From assembly GCA_964057225.1 (NCBI GenBank), contig CAXKVF010000073.1, positions 558,001 to 622,000 of the forward strand: a stretch of DNA of 64,000 nucleotides, read 5' to 3'. The DNA is from Auanema rhodensis. Taxonomy: Eukaryota > Animalia > Nematoda. Both the position numbers and the translations under genes were made by a program. This document shows positions 49,701 through 64,000 of the stretch, piece after piece (positions within the stretch are counted from its first letter, which is position 1; every line of letters starts with the position of its first letter). Under the pieces are notes generated by a model. It was not told the DNA's origin. It searched no databases and worked only from the letters and a program-made list of their open reading frames with translations.

Positions 49701-52700
49701 ACCATGCACCAATATCAATAAAAATTTGTTTTTAGACTAATATGGACATGGGGAATCTAATTTTGAAAACCGCATCTCTTTATCTTTCACGTGAAGCGAG
49801 TTACATACCAAGTGCACATCACGTGTACATTTAATTAGCATAAATTAAAGTTCACGTAAATTTCAATGTCATGGTTACCATGCACCAATATCAATAAAAA
49901 TTTGTTTTTAGACTAATATGGACATGGGGAATCTAATTTTGAAAACCGCATCTCTTTATCTTTCACGTGAAGCGAGTTACATACCAAGTGCACATCACGT
50001 GTACATTTAATTAGCATAAATTAAAGTTCACGTAAATTTCAAAGTCATGGTTACCATGCACCAATATCAATAAAAATTTGTTTTTAGACTAATATGGACA
50101 TGGGGAATCTAATTTTGAAAACCGCATCTCTTTATCTTTCACGTGAAGCGAGTTACATACCAAGTGCACATCACGTGTACAATTAATTAGCATAAATTAA
50201 AGTTCACGTAAATTTCAAAGTCATGGTTACCATGAAGCAATATCAATAAAAATTTGTTTTTAGACTAATATGGACATGGGGAATCTAATTTTGAAAACCG
50301 CATCTCTTTATCTTTCACGTGAAGCGAGTTACATACCAAGTGCACATCACGTGTACATTTAATTAGCATAAATTAAAGTTCACGTAAATTTCAAAGTCAT
50401 GGTTACCATGAACCAATATCAATAAAAATTTGTTTTTAGACTAATATGGACATGGGGAATCTAATTTTGAAAACCGCATCTCTTTATCTTTCACGTGAAG
50501 CGAGTTACATACCAAGTGCACATCACGTGTACATTTAATTAGCATAAATTAAAGTTCACGTAAATTTCAAAGTCATGGTTACCATGAACCAATATCAATA
50601 AAAATTTGTTTTTAGACTAATATGGACATGGGGAATCTAATTTTGAAAACCGCATCTCTTTATCTTTCACGTGAAGCGAGTTACATACCAAGTGCACATC
50701 ACGTGTACATTTAATTAGCATAAATTAAAGTTCACGTAAATTTCAAAGTCATGGTTACCATGAACCAATATCAATAAAAATTTGTTTTTAGACTAATATG
50801 GACATGGGGAATCTAATTTTGAAAACCGCATCTCTTTATCTTTCACGTGAAGCGAGTTACATACCAAGTGCACATCACGTGTACATTTAATTAGCATAAA
50901 TTAAAGTTCACGTAAATTTCAAAGTCATGGTTACCATGCACCAATATCAATAAAAATTTGTTTTTAGACTAATATGGACATGGGGAATCTAATTTTGAAA
51001 ACCGCATCTCTTTTTCTTTCACGTGAAGCGAGTTACATACCAAGTGCACATCACGTGTACATTTAATTAGCATAAATTAAAGTTCACGTAAATTTCAAAG
51101 TCATGGTTACCATGCACCAATATCAATAAAAATTTGTTTTTAGACTAATATGGACATGGGGAATCTAATTTTGAAAACCGCATCTCTTTATCTTTCACGT
51201 GAAGCGAGTTACATACCAAGTGCACATCACGTGTACAATTAATTAGCATAAATTAAAGTTCACGTAAATTTCAAAGTCATGGTTACCATGAAGCAATATC
51301 AATAAAAATTTGTTTCTAGACTAAGATGGACATGGGGAATCTAATTTTGAAAACCGCATCTCTTTATCTTTCACGTGAAGCGAGTTACATACCAAGTGCA
51401 CATCACGTGTACATTTAATTAGCATAAATTAAAGTTCACGTAAATTTCAAAGTCATGGTTACCATGAAGCAATATCAATAAAAATTTGTTTTTAGACTAA
51501 TATGGACATGGGGAATCTAATTTTGAAAACCACATCTCTTTATCTTTCACGTGAAGCGAGTTACATACCAAGTGCACATCACGTGTACATTTAATTAGCA
51601 TAAATTAAAGTTCACGTAAATTTCAAAGTCATGGTTACCATGAACCAATATCAATAAAAATTTGTTTTTAGACTAATATGGACATGGGGAATCTAATTTT
51701 GAAAACCGCATCTCTTTATCTTTCACGTGAAGCGAGTTACATACCAAGTGCACATCACGTGTACATTTAATTAGCATAAATTAAAGTTCACGTAAATTTC
51801 AAAGTCATGGTTACCATGAACTAATATCAATAAAAATTTGTTTTTAGACTAATATGGACATGGGGAATCTAATTTTGAAAACCGCATCTCTTTATCTTTC
51901 ACGTGAAGCGAGTTACATACCAAGTGCACATCACGTGTACATTTAATTAGCATAAATTAAAGTTCACGTAAATTTCAAAGTCATGGTTACCATGAACCAA
52001 TATCAATAAAAATTTGTTTTTAGACTAATATGGACATGGGGAATCTAATTTTGAAAACCGCATCTCTTTATCTTTCACGTGAAGCGAGTTACATACCAAG
52101 TGCACATCACGTGTACATTTAATTAGCATAAATTAAAGTTCACGTAAATTTCAAAGTCATGGTTACCATGAACCAATATCAATAAAAATTTGTTTTTAGA
52201 CTAATATGGACATGGGGAATCTAATTTTGAAAACCGCATCTCTTTATCTTTCACGTGAAGCGAGTTACATACCAAGTGCACATCACGTGTACATTTAATT
52301 AGCATAAATTAAAGTTCACGTAAATTTCAAAGTCATGGTTACCATGAACCAATATCAATAAAAATTTGTTTTTAGACTAATATGGACATGGGGAATCTAA
52401 TTTTGAAAACCGCATCTCTTTATCTTTCACGTGAAGCGAGTTACATACCAAGTGCACATCACGTGTACATTTAATTAGCATGAATTAAAGTTCACGTAAA
52501 TTTCAAAGTCATGGTTACCATGAACCAATATCAATAAAAATTTGTTTTTAGACTAATATGGACATGGGGAATCTAATTTTGAAAACCGCATCTCTTTATC
52601 TTTCACGTGAAGCGAGTTACATACCAAGTGCACATCACGTGTACATTTAATTAGCATAAATTAAAGTTCACGTAAATTTCAAAGTCATGGTTACCATGCA

Positions 52701-55700
52701 CCAATATCAATAAAAATTTGTTTTTAGACTAATATGGACATGGGGAATCTAATTTTGAAAACCGCATCTCTTTATCTTTCACGTGAAGCGAGTTACATAC
52801 CAAGTGCACATCACGTGTACATTTAATTAGCATAAATTAAAGTTCACGTAAATTTCAAAGTCATGGTTACCATGCACCAATATCAATAAAAATTTGTTTT
52901 TAGACTAATATGGACATGGGGAATCTAATTTTGAAAACCGCATCTCTTTATCTTTCACGTGAAGCGAGTTACATACCAAGTGCACATCACGTGTACATTT
53001 AATTAGCATAAATTAAAGTTCACGTAAATTTCAAAGTCATGGTTACCATGAACCAATATCGATAAAATTTTGTTTTTGACTAATATGGACATGAGGAATC
53101 TAATTTTGAAAACCGCATCTCTTCATCTTTCACGTGAAGCGAGTTACATACCAAGTGCACATCACGTGTACATTTAATTAGCATAAATTAAAGTTCACGT
53201 AAATTTCAAAGTCATGGTTACCATGCACCAATATCAATAAAAATTTGTTTTTAGACTAATATGGACATGGGGAATCTAATTTTGAAAACCGCATCTCTTT
53301 TTCTTTCACGTGAAGCGAGTTACATACCAAGTGCACATCACGTGTACATTTAATTAGCATAAATTAAAGTTCACGTAAATTTCAAAGTCATGGTTACCAT
53401 GCACCAATATCAATAAAAATTTGTTTTCAGACTAATATGGACATGGGGAATCTAATTTTGAAAACCGCATCTCTTTATCTTTCACGTGAAGCGAGTTACA
53501 TACCAAGTGCACATCACGTGTACAATTAATTAGCATAAATTAAAGTTCACGTAAATTTCAAAGTCATGGTTACCATGAAGCAATATCAATAAAAATTTGT
53601 TTTTAGACTAATATGGATATGGGGAATCTAATTTTGGAAACCACATCTCTTTATCTTTCACGTGAAGCGAGTTACATATCAAGTGCACATCACGTGTACA
53701 TTTAATTAGCATAAATTAAAGTTCACGTAAATTTCAAAGTCATGGTTACCATGAACCAATATCAATAAAAATTTGTTTTTAGACTAATATGGACATGGGG
53801 AATCTAATTTTGAAAACCGCATCTCTTTATCTTTCACGTGAAGCGAGTTACATACCAAGTGCACATCACGTGTACATTTAATTAGCATAAATTAAAGTTC
53901 ACGTAAATTTCAAAGTCATGGTTACCATGAACTAATATCAATAAAAATTTGTTTTTAGACTAATATGGACATGGGGAATCTAATTTTGAAAACCGCATCT
54001 CTTTATCTTTCACGTGAAGCGAGTTACATACCAAGTGCACATCACGTGTACATTTAATTAGCATAAATTAAAGTTCACGTAAATTTCAAAGTCATGGTTA
54101 CCATGAACCAATATCAATAAAAATTTGTTTTTAGACTAATATGGACATGGGGAATCTAATTTTGAAAACCGCATCTCTTTATCTTTCACGTGAAGCGAGT
54201 TACATACCAAGTGCACATCACGTGTACATTTAATTAGCATAAATTAAAGTTCACGTAAATTTCAAAGTCATGGTTACCATGAAGCAATATCAATAAAAAT
54301 TTGTTTTTAGACTAATATGGACATGGGGAATCTAATTTTGAAAACCACATCTCTTTATCTTTCACGTGAAGCGAGTTACATACCAAGTGCACATCACGTG
54401 TACATTTAATTAGCATAAATTAAAGTTCACGTAAATTTCAAAGTCATGGTTACCATGAACCAATATCAATAAAAATTTGTTTTTAGACTAATATGGACAT
54501 GGGGAATCTAATTTTGAAAACCGCATCTCTTTATCTTTCACGTGAAGCGAGTTACATACCAAGTGCACATCACGTGTACATTTAATTAGCATAAATTAAA
54601 GTTCACGTAAATTTCAAAGTCATGGTTACCATGAACTAATATCAATAAAAATTTGTTTTTAGACTAATATGGACATGGGGAATCTAATTTTGAAAACCGC
54701 ATCTCTTTATCTTTCACGTGAAGCGAGTTACATACCAAGTGCACATCACGTGTACATTTAATTAGCATAAATTAAAGTTCACGTAAATTTCAAAGTCATG
54801 GTTACCATGAACCAATATCAATAAAAATTTGTTTTTAGACTAATATGGACATGGGGAATCTAATTTTGAAAACCGCATCTCTTTATCTTTCACGTGAAGC
54901 GAGTTACATACCAAGTGCACATCACGTGTACATTTAATTAGCATAAATTAAAGTTCACGTAAATTTCAAAGTCATGGTTACCATGAACCAATATCAATAA
55001 AAATTTGTTTTTAGACTAATACGGACATGGGGAATCTAATTTTGAAAACCGCATCTCTTTATCTTTCACGTGAAGCGAGTTACATACCAAGTGCACATCA
55101 CGTGTACATTTAATTAGCATAAATTAAAGTTCACGTAAATTTCAAAGTCATGGTTACCATGAACCAATATCAATAAAAATTTGTTTTTAGACTAATATGG
55201 ACATGGGGAATCTAATTTTGAAAACCGCATCTCTTTATCTTTCACGTGAAGCGAGTTACATACCAAGTGCACATCACGTGTACATTTAATTAGCATAAAT
55301 TAAAGTTCACGTAAATTTCAAAGTCATGGTTACCATGAACCAATATCAATAAAAATTTGTTTTTAGACTAATATGGACATGGGGAATCTAATTTTGAAAA
55401 CCGCATCTCTTTATCTTTCACGTGAAGCGAGTTACATACCAAGTGCACATCACGTGTACATTTAATTAGCATAAATTAAAGTTCACGTAAATTTCAAAGT
55501 CATGGTTACCATGCACCAATATCAATAAAAATTTGTTTTTAGACTAATATGGACATGGGGAATCTAATTTTGAAAACCGCATCTCTTTATCTTTCACGTG
55601 AAGCGAGTTACATACCAAGTGCACATCACGTGTACATTTAATTAGCATAAATTAAAGTTCACGTAAATTTCAAAGTCATGGTTACCATGCACCAATATCA

Positions 55701-58700
55701 ATAAAAATTTGTTTTTAGACTAATATGGACATGGGGAATCTAATTTTGAAAACCGCATCTCTTTATCTTTCACGTGAAGCGAGTTACATACCAAGTGCAC
55801 ATCACGTGTACATTTAATTAGCATAAATTAAAGTTCACGTAAATTTCAAAGTCATGGTTACCATGAACCAATATCGATAAAAATTTGTTTTTAGACTAAT
55901 ATGGACATGAGGAATCTAATTTTGAAAACCGCATCTCTTCATCTTTCACGTGAAGCGAGTTACATACCAAGTGCACATCACGTGTACATTTAATTAGCAT
56001 AAATTAAAGTTCACGTAAATTTCAAAGTCATGGTTACCATGCACCAATATCAATAAAAATTTGTTTTTAGACTAATATGGACATGGGGAATCTAATTTTG
56101 AAAACCGCATCTCTTTTTCTTTCACGTGAAGCGAGTTACATACCAAGTGCACATCACGTGTACATTTAATTAGCATAAATTAAAGTTCACGTAAATTTCA
56201 AAGTCATGGTTACCATGCACCAATATCAATAAAAATTTGTTTTCAGACTAATATGGACATGGGGAATCTAATTTTGAAAACCGCATCTCTTTATCTTTCA
56301 CGTGGAGCGAGTTACATACCAAGTGCACATCACGTGTACAATTAATTAGCATAAATTAAAGTTCACGTAAATTTCAAAGTCATGGTTACCATGAAGCAAT
56401 ATCAATAAAAATTTGTTTTTAGACTAATATGGATATGGGGAATCTAATTTTGGAAACCACATCTCTTTATCTTTCACGTGAAGCGAGTTACATACCAAGT
56501 GCACATCACGTGTACATTTAATTAGCATAAATTAAAGTTCACGTAAATTTCAAAGTCATGGTTACCATGAACCAATATCAATAAAAATTTGTTTTTAGAC
56601 TAATATGGACATGGGGAATCTAATTTTGAAAACCGCATCTCTTTATCTTTCACGTGAAGCGAGTTACATACCAAGTGCACATCACGTGTACATTTAATTA
56701 GCATAAATTAAAGTTCACGTAAATTTCAAAGTCATGGTTACCATGAACTAATATCAATAAAAATTTGTTTTTAGACTAATATGGACATGGGGAATCTAAT
56801 TTTGAAAACCGCATCTCTTTATCTTTCACGTGAAGCGAGTTACATACCAAGTGCACATCACGTGTACATTTAATTAGCATAAATTAAAGTTCACGTAAAT
56901 TTCAAAGTCATGGTTACCATGAACCAATATCAATAAAAATTTGTTTTTAGACTAATATGGACATGGGGAATCTAATTTTGAAAACCGCATCTCTTTATCT
57001 TTCACGTGAAGCGAGTTACATACCAAGTGCACATCACGTGTACATTTAATTAGCATAAATTAAAGTTCACGTAAATTTCAAAGTCATGGTTACCATGCAC
57101 CAATATCAATAAAAATTTGTTTTTAGACTAATATGGACATGGGGAATCTAATTTTGAAAACCGCATCTCTTTATCTTTCACGTGAAGCGAGTTACATACC
57201 AAGTGCACATCACGTGTACATTTAATTAGCATAAATTAAAGTTCACGTAAATTTCAAAGTCATGGTTACCATGCACCAATATCAATAAAAATTTGTTTTT
57301 AGACTAATATGGACATGGGGAATCTAATTTTGAAAACCGCATCTCTTTATCTTTCACGTGAAGCGAGTTACATACCAAGTGCACATCACGTGTACATTTA
57401 ATTAGCATAAATTAAAGTTCACGTAAATTTCAAAGTCATGGTTACCATTAACCAATATCAATAAAAAATTGTTTTTAGACTAATATGGACATGGGGAATC
57501 TAATTTTGAAAACCGCATCTCTTCATCTTTCACGTGAAGCGAGTTACATACCAAGTGCACATCACGTGTACATTTAATTAGCATAAATTAAAGTTCACGT
57601 AAATTTCAAAGTCATGGTTACCATGCACCAATATCAATAAAAATTTGTTTTTAGACTAATATGGACATGGGGAATCTAATTTTGAAAACCGCATCTCTTT
57701 TTCTTTCACGTGAAGCGAGTTACATACCAAGTGCACATCACGTGTACATTTAATTAGAATAAATTAAAGTTCACGTAAATTTCAAAGTCATGGTTACCAT
57801 GCACCAATATCAATAAAAATTTGTTTTTAGACTAATATGGACATGGGGAATCTAATTTTGAAAACCGCATCTCTTTATCTTTCACGTGAAGCGAGTTACA
57901 TACCAAGTGCACATCACGTGTACAATTAATTAGCATAAATTAAAGTTCACGTAAATTTCAAAGTCATGGTTACCATGAAGCAATATCAATAAAAATTTGT
58001 TTCTAGACTAAGATGGACATGGGGAATCTAATTTTGAAAACCGCATCTCTTTATCTTTCACGTGAAGCGAGTTACATACCAAGTGCACATCACGTGTACA
58101 TTTAATTAGCATAAATTAAAGTTCACGTAAATTTCAAAGTCATGGTTACCATGAAGCAATATCAATAAAAATTTGTTTTTAGACTAATATGGACATGGGG
58201 AATCTAATTTTGAAAACCAAATCTCTTTATCTCTCACGTGAAGCGAGTTACATACCAAGTGCACATCACGTGTACATTTAATTAGCATAAATTAAAGTTC
58301 ACGTAAATTTCAAAGTCATGGTTACCATGAACCAATATCAATAAAAATTTGTTTTTAGACTAATATGGACATGGGGAATCTAATTTTGAAAACCGCATCT
58401 CTTTATCTTTCACGTGAAGCGAGATACATACCAAGTGCACATCACGTGTACATTTAATTAGCATAAATTAAAGTTCACGTAAATTTCAAAGTCATGGTTA
58501 CCATGAACTAATATCAATAAAAATTTGTTTTTAGACTAATATGGACATGGGGAATCTAATTTTGAAAACCGCATCTCTTTATCTTTCACGTGAAGCGAGT
58601 TACATACCAAGTGCACATCACGTGTACATTTAATTAGCATAAATTAAAGTTCACGTAAATTTCAAAGTCATGGTTACCATGAACCAATATCAATAAAAAT

Positions 58701-61700
58701 TTGTTTTCAGACTAATATGGACATGGGGAATCTAATTTTGAAAACCGCATCTCTTTATCTTTCACGTGAAGCGAGTTACATACCAAGTGCACATCACGTG
58801 TACATTTAATTAGCATAAATTAAAGTTCACGTAAATTTCAAAGTCATGGTTACCATGAACCAATATCAATAAAAATTTGTTTTTAGACTAATATGGACAT
58901 GGGGAATCTAATTTTGAAAACCGCATCTCTTTATCTTTCACGTGAAGCGAGTTACATACCAAGTGCACATCACGTGTACATTTAATTAGCATAAATTAAA
59001 GTTCACGTAAATTTCAAAGTCATGGTTACCATGCACCAATATCAATAAAAATTTGTTTTTAGACTAATATGGACATGGGGAATCTAATTTTGAAAACCGC
59101 ATCTCTTTATCTTTCACGTGAAGCGAGTTACATACCAAGTGCACATCACGTGTACATTTAATTAGCATAAATTAAAGTTCACGTAAATTTCAAAGTCATG
59201 GTTACCATGAACCAATATCAATAAAAATTTGTTTTTAGACTAATATGGACATGGGGAATCTAATTTTGAAAACCGCATCTCTTTATCTTTCACGTGAAGC
59301 GAGTTACATACCAAGTGCACATCACGTGTACATTTAATTAGCATAAATTAAAGTTCACGTAAATTTCAAAGTCATGGTTACCATGCACCAATATCAATAA
59401 AAATTTGTTTTTATACTAATATGGACATGGGGAATCTAATTTTGAAAACCGCATCTCTTTATCTTTCACGTGAAGCGAGTTACATACCAAGTGCACATCA
59501 CGTGTACATTTAATTAGCATAAATTAAAGTTCACGTAAATTTCAAAGTCATGGTTACCATGAACCAATATCAATAAAAATTTGTTTTTAGACTAATATGG
59601 ACATGGGGAATCTAATTTTGAAAACCGCATCTCTTCATCTTTCACGTGAAGCGAGTTACATACCAAGTGCACATCACGTGTACATTTAATTAGCATAAAT
59701 TAAAGTTCACGTAAATTTCAAAGTCATGGTTACCATGCACCAATATCAATAAAAATTTGTTTTTAGACTAATATGGACATGGGGAATCTAATTTTGAAAA
59801 CCGCATCTCTTTTTCTTTCACGTGAAGCGAGTTACATACCAAGTGCACATCACGTGTACATTTAATTAGCATAAATTAAAGTTCACGTAAATTTCAAAGT
59901 CATGGTTACCATGCACCAATATCAATAAAAATTTGTTTTTAGACTAATATGGACATGGGGAATCTAATTTTGAAAACCGCATCTCTTTATCTTTCACGTG
60001 AAGCGAGTTACATACCAAGTGCACATCACGTGTACAATTAATTAGCATAAATTAAAGTTCACGTAAATTTCAAAGTCATGGTTACCATGAACCAATATCA
60101 ATAAAAATTTGTTTTTAGACTAATATGGACATGGGGAATCTAATTTTGAAAACCGCATCTCTTTATCTTTCACGTGAAGCGAGTTACATACCAAGTGCAC
60201 ATCACGTGTACATTTAATTAGCATAAATTAAAGTTCACGTAAATTTCAAAGTCATGGTTACCATGAACCAATATCAATAAAAATTTGTTTTTAGACTAAT
60301 ATGGACATGGGGAATCTATTTTTGAAAACCGCATCTCTTTATCTTTCACGTGAAGCGAGTTACATACCAAGTGCACATCACGTGTACATTTAATTAGCAT
60401 AAATTAAAGTTCACGTAAATTTCAAAGTCATGGTTACCATGAACCAATATCAATAAAAATTTGTTTTTAGACTAATATGGACATGGGGAATCTAATTTTG
60501 AAAACCGCATCTCTTTATCTTTCACGTGAAGCGAGTTACATACCAAGTGCACATCACGTGTACATTTAATTAGCATAAATTAAAGTTCACGTAAATTTCA
60601 AAGTCATGGTTACCATGCACCAATATCAATAAAAATTTGTTTTTAGACTAATATGGACATGGGGAATCTAATTTTGAAAACCGCATCTCTTTATCTTTCA
60701 CGTGAAGCGAGTTACATACCAAGTGCACATCACGTGTACATTTAATTAGCATAAATTAAAGTTCACGTAAATTTCAAAGTCATGGTTACCATGAACCAAT
60801 ATCAATAAAAATTTGTTTTTAGACTAATATGTACATGAGGAATCTAATTTTGAAAACCGCATCTCTTCATCTTTCACGTGAAGCGAGTTACATACCAAGT
60901 GCACATCACGTGTACATTTAATTAGCATAAATTAAAGTTCACGTAAATTTCAAAGTCATGGTTACCATGAACCAATATCAATAAAAATTTGTTTTTAGAC
61001 TAATATGGACATGGGGAATCTAATTTTGAAAACCGCATCTCTTTATCTTTCACGTGAAGCGAGTTACATACCAAGTGCACATCACGTGTACATTTAATTA
61101 TCATAAATTAAAGTTCACGTAAATTTCAAAGTCATGGTTACCATGAACCAATATCAATAAAAATTTGTTTTTAGACTAATATGGACATGGGGAATCTAAT
61201 TTTGAAAACCGCATCTCTTTATCTTTCACGTGAAGCGAGTTACATACCAAGTGCACATCACGTGTACATTTAATTAGCATAAATTAAAGTTCACGTAAAT
61301 TTCAAAGTCATGGTTACCATGAACCAATATCAATAAAAATTTGTTTTTAGACTAATATGGACATGGGGAATCTAATTTTGAAAACCGCATCTCTTCATCT
61401 TTCACGTGAAGCGAGTTACATACCAAGTGCACATCACGTGTACAATTAATTAGCATAAATTAAAGTTCACGTAAATTTCAAAGTCATGGTTACCATGAAG
61501 CAATATCAATAAAAATTTGTTTCTAGACTAAGATGGACATGGGGAATCTAATTTTGAAAACCGCAGCTCTTTATCTTTCACGTGAAGCGAGTTACATACC
61601 AAGTGCACATCACGTGTACATTTAATTAGCATAAATTAAAGTTCACGTAAATTTCAAAGTCATGGTTACCATGAAGCAATATCAATAAAAATTTGTTTTT

Positions 61701-64000
61701 AGACTAATATGGACATGGGGAATCTAATTTTGAAAACCACATCTCTTTATCTTTCACGTGAAGCGAGTTACATACCAAGTGCACATCACGTGTACATTTA
61801 ATTAGCATAAATTAAAGTTCACGTAAATTTCAAAGTCATGGTTACCATGAACCAATATCAATAAAAATTTGTTTTTAGACTAATATGGACATGGGGAATC
61901 TAATTTTGAAAACCGCATCTCTTTATCTTTCACGTGAAGCGAGTTACATACCAAGTGCACATCACGTGTACATTTAATTAGCATAAATTAAAGTTCACGT
62001 AAATTTCAAAGTCATGGTTACCATGAACTAATATCAATAAAAATTTGTTTTTAGACTAATATGGACATGGGGAATCTAATTTTGAAAACCGCATCTCTTT
62101 ATCTTTCACGTGAAGCGAGTTACATACCAAGTGCACATCACGAGTACATTTAATTAGCATAAATTAAAGTTCACGTAAATTTCAAAGTCATGGTTACCAT
62201 GAACCAATATCAATAAAAATTTGTTTTTAGACTAATATGGACATGGGGAATCTAATTTTGAAAACCGCATCTCTTTATCTTTCACGTGAAGCGAGTTACA
62301 TACCAAGTGCACATCACGTGTACATTTAATTAGCATAAATTAAAGTTCACGTAAATTTCAAAGTCATGGTTACCATGAACCAATATCAATAAAAATTTGT
62401 TTTTAGACTAATATGGACATGGGGAATCTATTTTTGAAAACCGCATCTCTTTATCTTTCACGTGAAGCGAGTTACATACCAAGTGCACATCACGTGTACA
62501 TTTAATTAGCATAAATTAAAGTTCACGTAAATTTCAAAGTCATGGTTACCATGAACCAATATCAATAAAAATTTGTTTTTAGACTAATATGGACATGGGG
62601 AATCTAATTTTGAAAACCGCATCTCTTTATCTTTCACGTGAAGCGAGTTACATACCAAGTGCACATCATGTGTACATTTAATTAGCATAAATTAAAGTTC
62701 ACGTAAATTTCAAAGTCATGGTTACCATGCACCAATATCAATAAAAATTTGTTTTTAGACTAATATGGACATGGGGAATCTAATTTTGAAAACCGCATCT
62801 CTTTATCTTTCACGTGAAGCGAGTTACATACCAAGTGCACATCACGTGTACATTTAATTAGCATAAATTAAAGTTCACGTAAATTTCAAAGTCATGGTTA
62901 CCATGAACCAATATCAATAAAAATTTGTTTTTAGACTAAGATGGACATGGGGAATCTAATTTTGAAAACCGCATCTCTTTATCTTTCACGTGAAGCGAGT
63001 TACATACCAAGTGCACATCACGTGTACATTTAATTAGCATAAATTAAAGTTCACGTAAATTTCAAAGTCATGGTTACCATGAAGCAATATCAATAAAAAT
63101 TTGTTTTTAGACTAATATGGACATGGGGAATCTAATTTTGAAAACCACATCTCTTTATCTTTCACGTGAAGCGAGTTACATACCAAGTGCACATCACGTG
63201 TACATTTAATTAGCATAAATTAAAGTTCACGTAAATTTCAAAGTCATGGTTACCATGAACCAATATCAATAAAAATTTGTTTTTAGACTAATATGGACAT
63301 GGGGAATCTAATTTTGAAAACCGCATCTCTTTATCTTTCACGTGAAGCGAGTTACATACCAAGTGCACATCACGTGTACATTTAATTAGCATAAATTAAA
63401 GTTCACGTAAATTTCAAAGTCATGGTTACCATGCACCAATATCAATAAAAATTTGTTTTTAGACTAATATGGACATGGGGAATCTAATTTTGAAAACCGC
63501 ATCTCTTTATCTGTCACGTGAAGCGAGTTACATACCAAGTGCACATCACGTGTACATTTAATTAGCATAAATTAAAGTTCACGTAAATTTCAAAGTCATG
63601 GTTACCATGCACCAATATCAATAAAAATTTGTTTTTAGACTAATATGGACATGGGGAATCTAATTTTGAAAACCGCATCTCTTTATCTTTCACGTGAAGC
63701 GAGTTACATACCAAGTGCACATCACGTGTACATTTAATTAGCATAAATTAAAGTTCACGTAAATTTCAAAGTCATGGTTACCATGCACCAATATCAATAA
63801 AAATTTGTTTTTAGACTAATATGGACATGGGGAATCTAATTTTGAAAACCGCATCTCTTTATCTTTCACGTGAAGCGAGTTACATACCAAGTGCACATCA
63901 CGTGTACATTTAATTAGCATAAATTAAAGTTCACGTAAATTTCAAAGTCATGGTTACCATGCACCAATATCAATAAAAATTTGTTTTTAGACTAATATGG
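31714..64000. repeat. 176-bp tandem satellite array, right arm (~183 monomers, same orientation, runs off the window end)
   Basis: Same monomer resumes at monomer position 156 (AAATTAAAGTTCACG, 31714). Monomer starts at 31735, 31911, 53031 and 63942 fit 176-bp phase with one 1-bp deletion (~53077). Confidence 0.99.

Noticed and set aside
1-64000. CRISPR array interpretation of the regular repeats
   Set aside because: No unique spacers (the whole 176-bp unit repeats), no cas genes, and the embedded element is a eukaryotic LINE.

Overview
Eukaryotic (metazoan-type) satellite DNA. About 59 kb of the 64 kb is one head-to-tail tandem array of a 176-bp monomer (~32% GC, ~336 copies, nearly identical, only 3 net single-base indels), with regional variant domains and local higher-order duplications. 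A single, apparently full-length and intact CR1-like non-LTR retrotransposon (LINE) is inserted on the minus strand at ~26912-31713. It has a (TAAA)n 3' tail, an AAATTA target-site duplication, ORF1 (coiled coil, RNA-binding-like core, basic tail with an RGRP AT-hook-like motif) and ORF2 (APE endonuclease plus reverse transcriptase). The most notable finding concerns ORF2 expression. ORF2 has no usable AUG (its only Met is residue ~724, after the YADD motif) and lies in the +1 frame relative to ORF1. ORF1 ends UCC_UUU_CGU_UAA, the exact +1 ribosomal frameshift motif of influenza PA-X, which predicts a ~1296-aa ORF1-ORF2 fusion. The element's 5' end also carries four exact 18-bp repeats and a 19-20-bp out-of-register piece of the host satellite, suggesting a satellite-resident or satellite-targeting LINE. 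The host species and centromeric status cannot be determined from the sequence alone.
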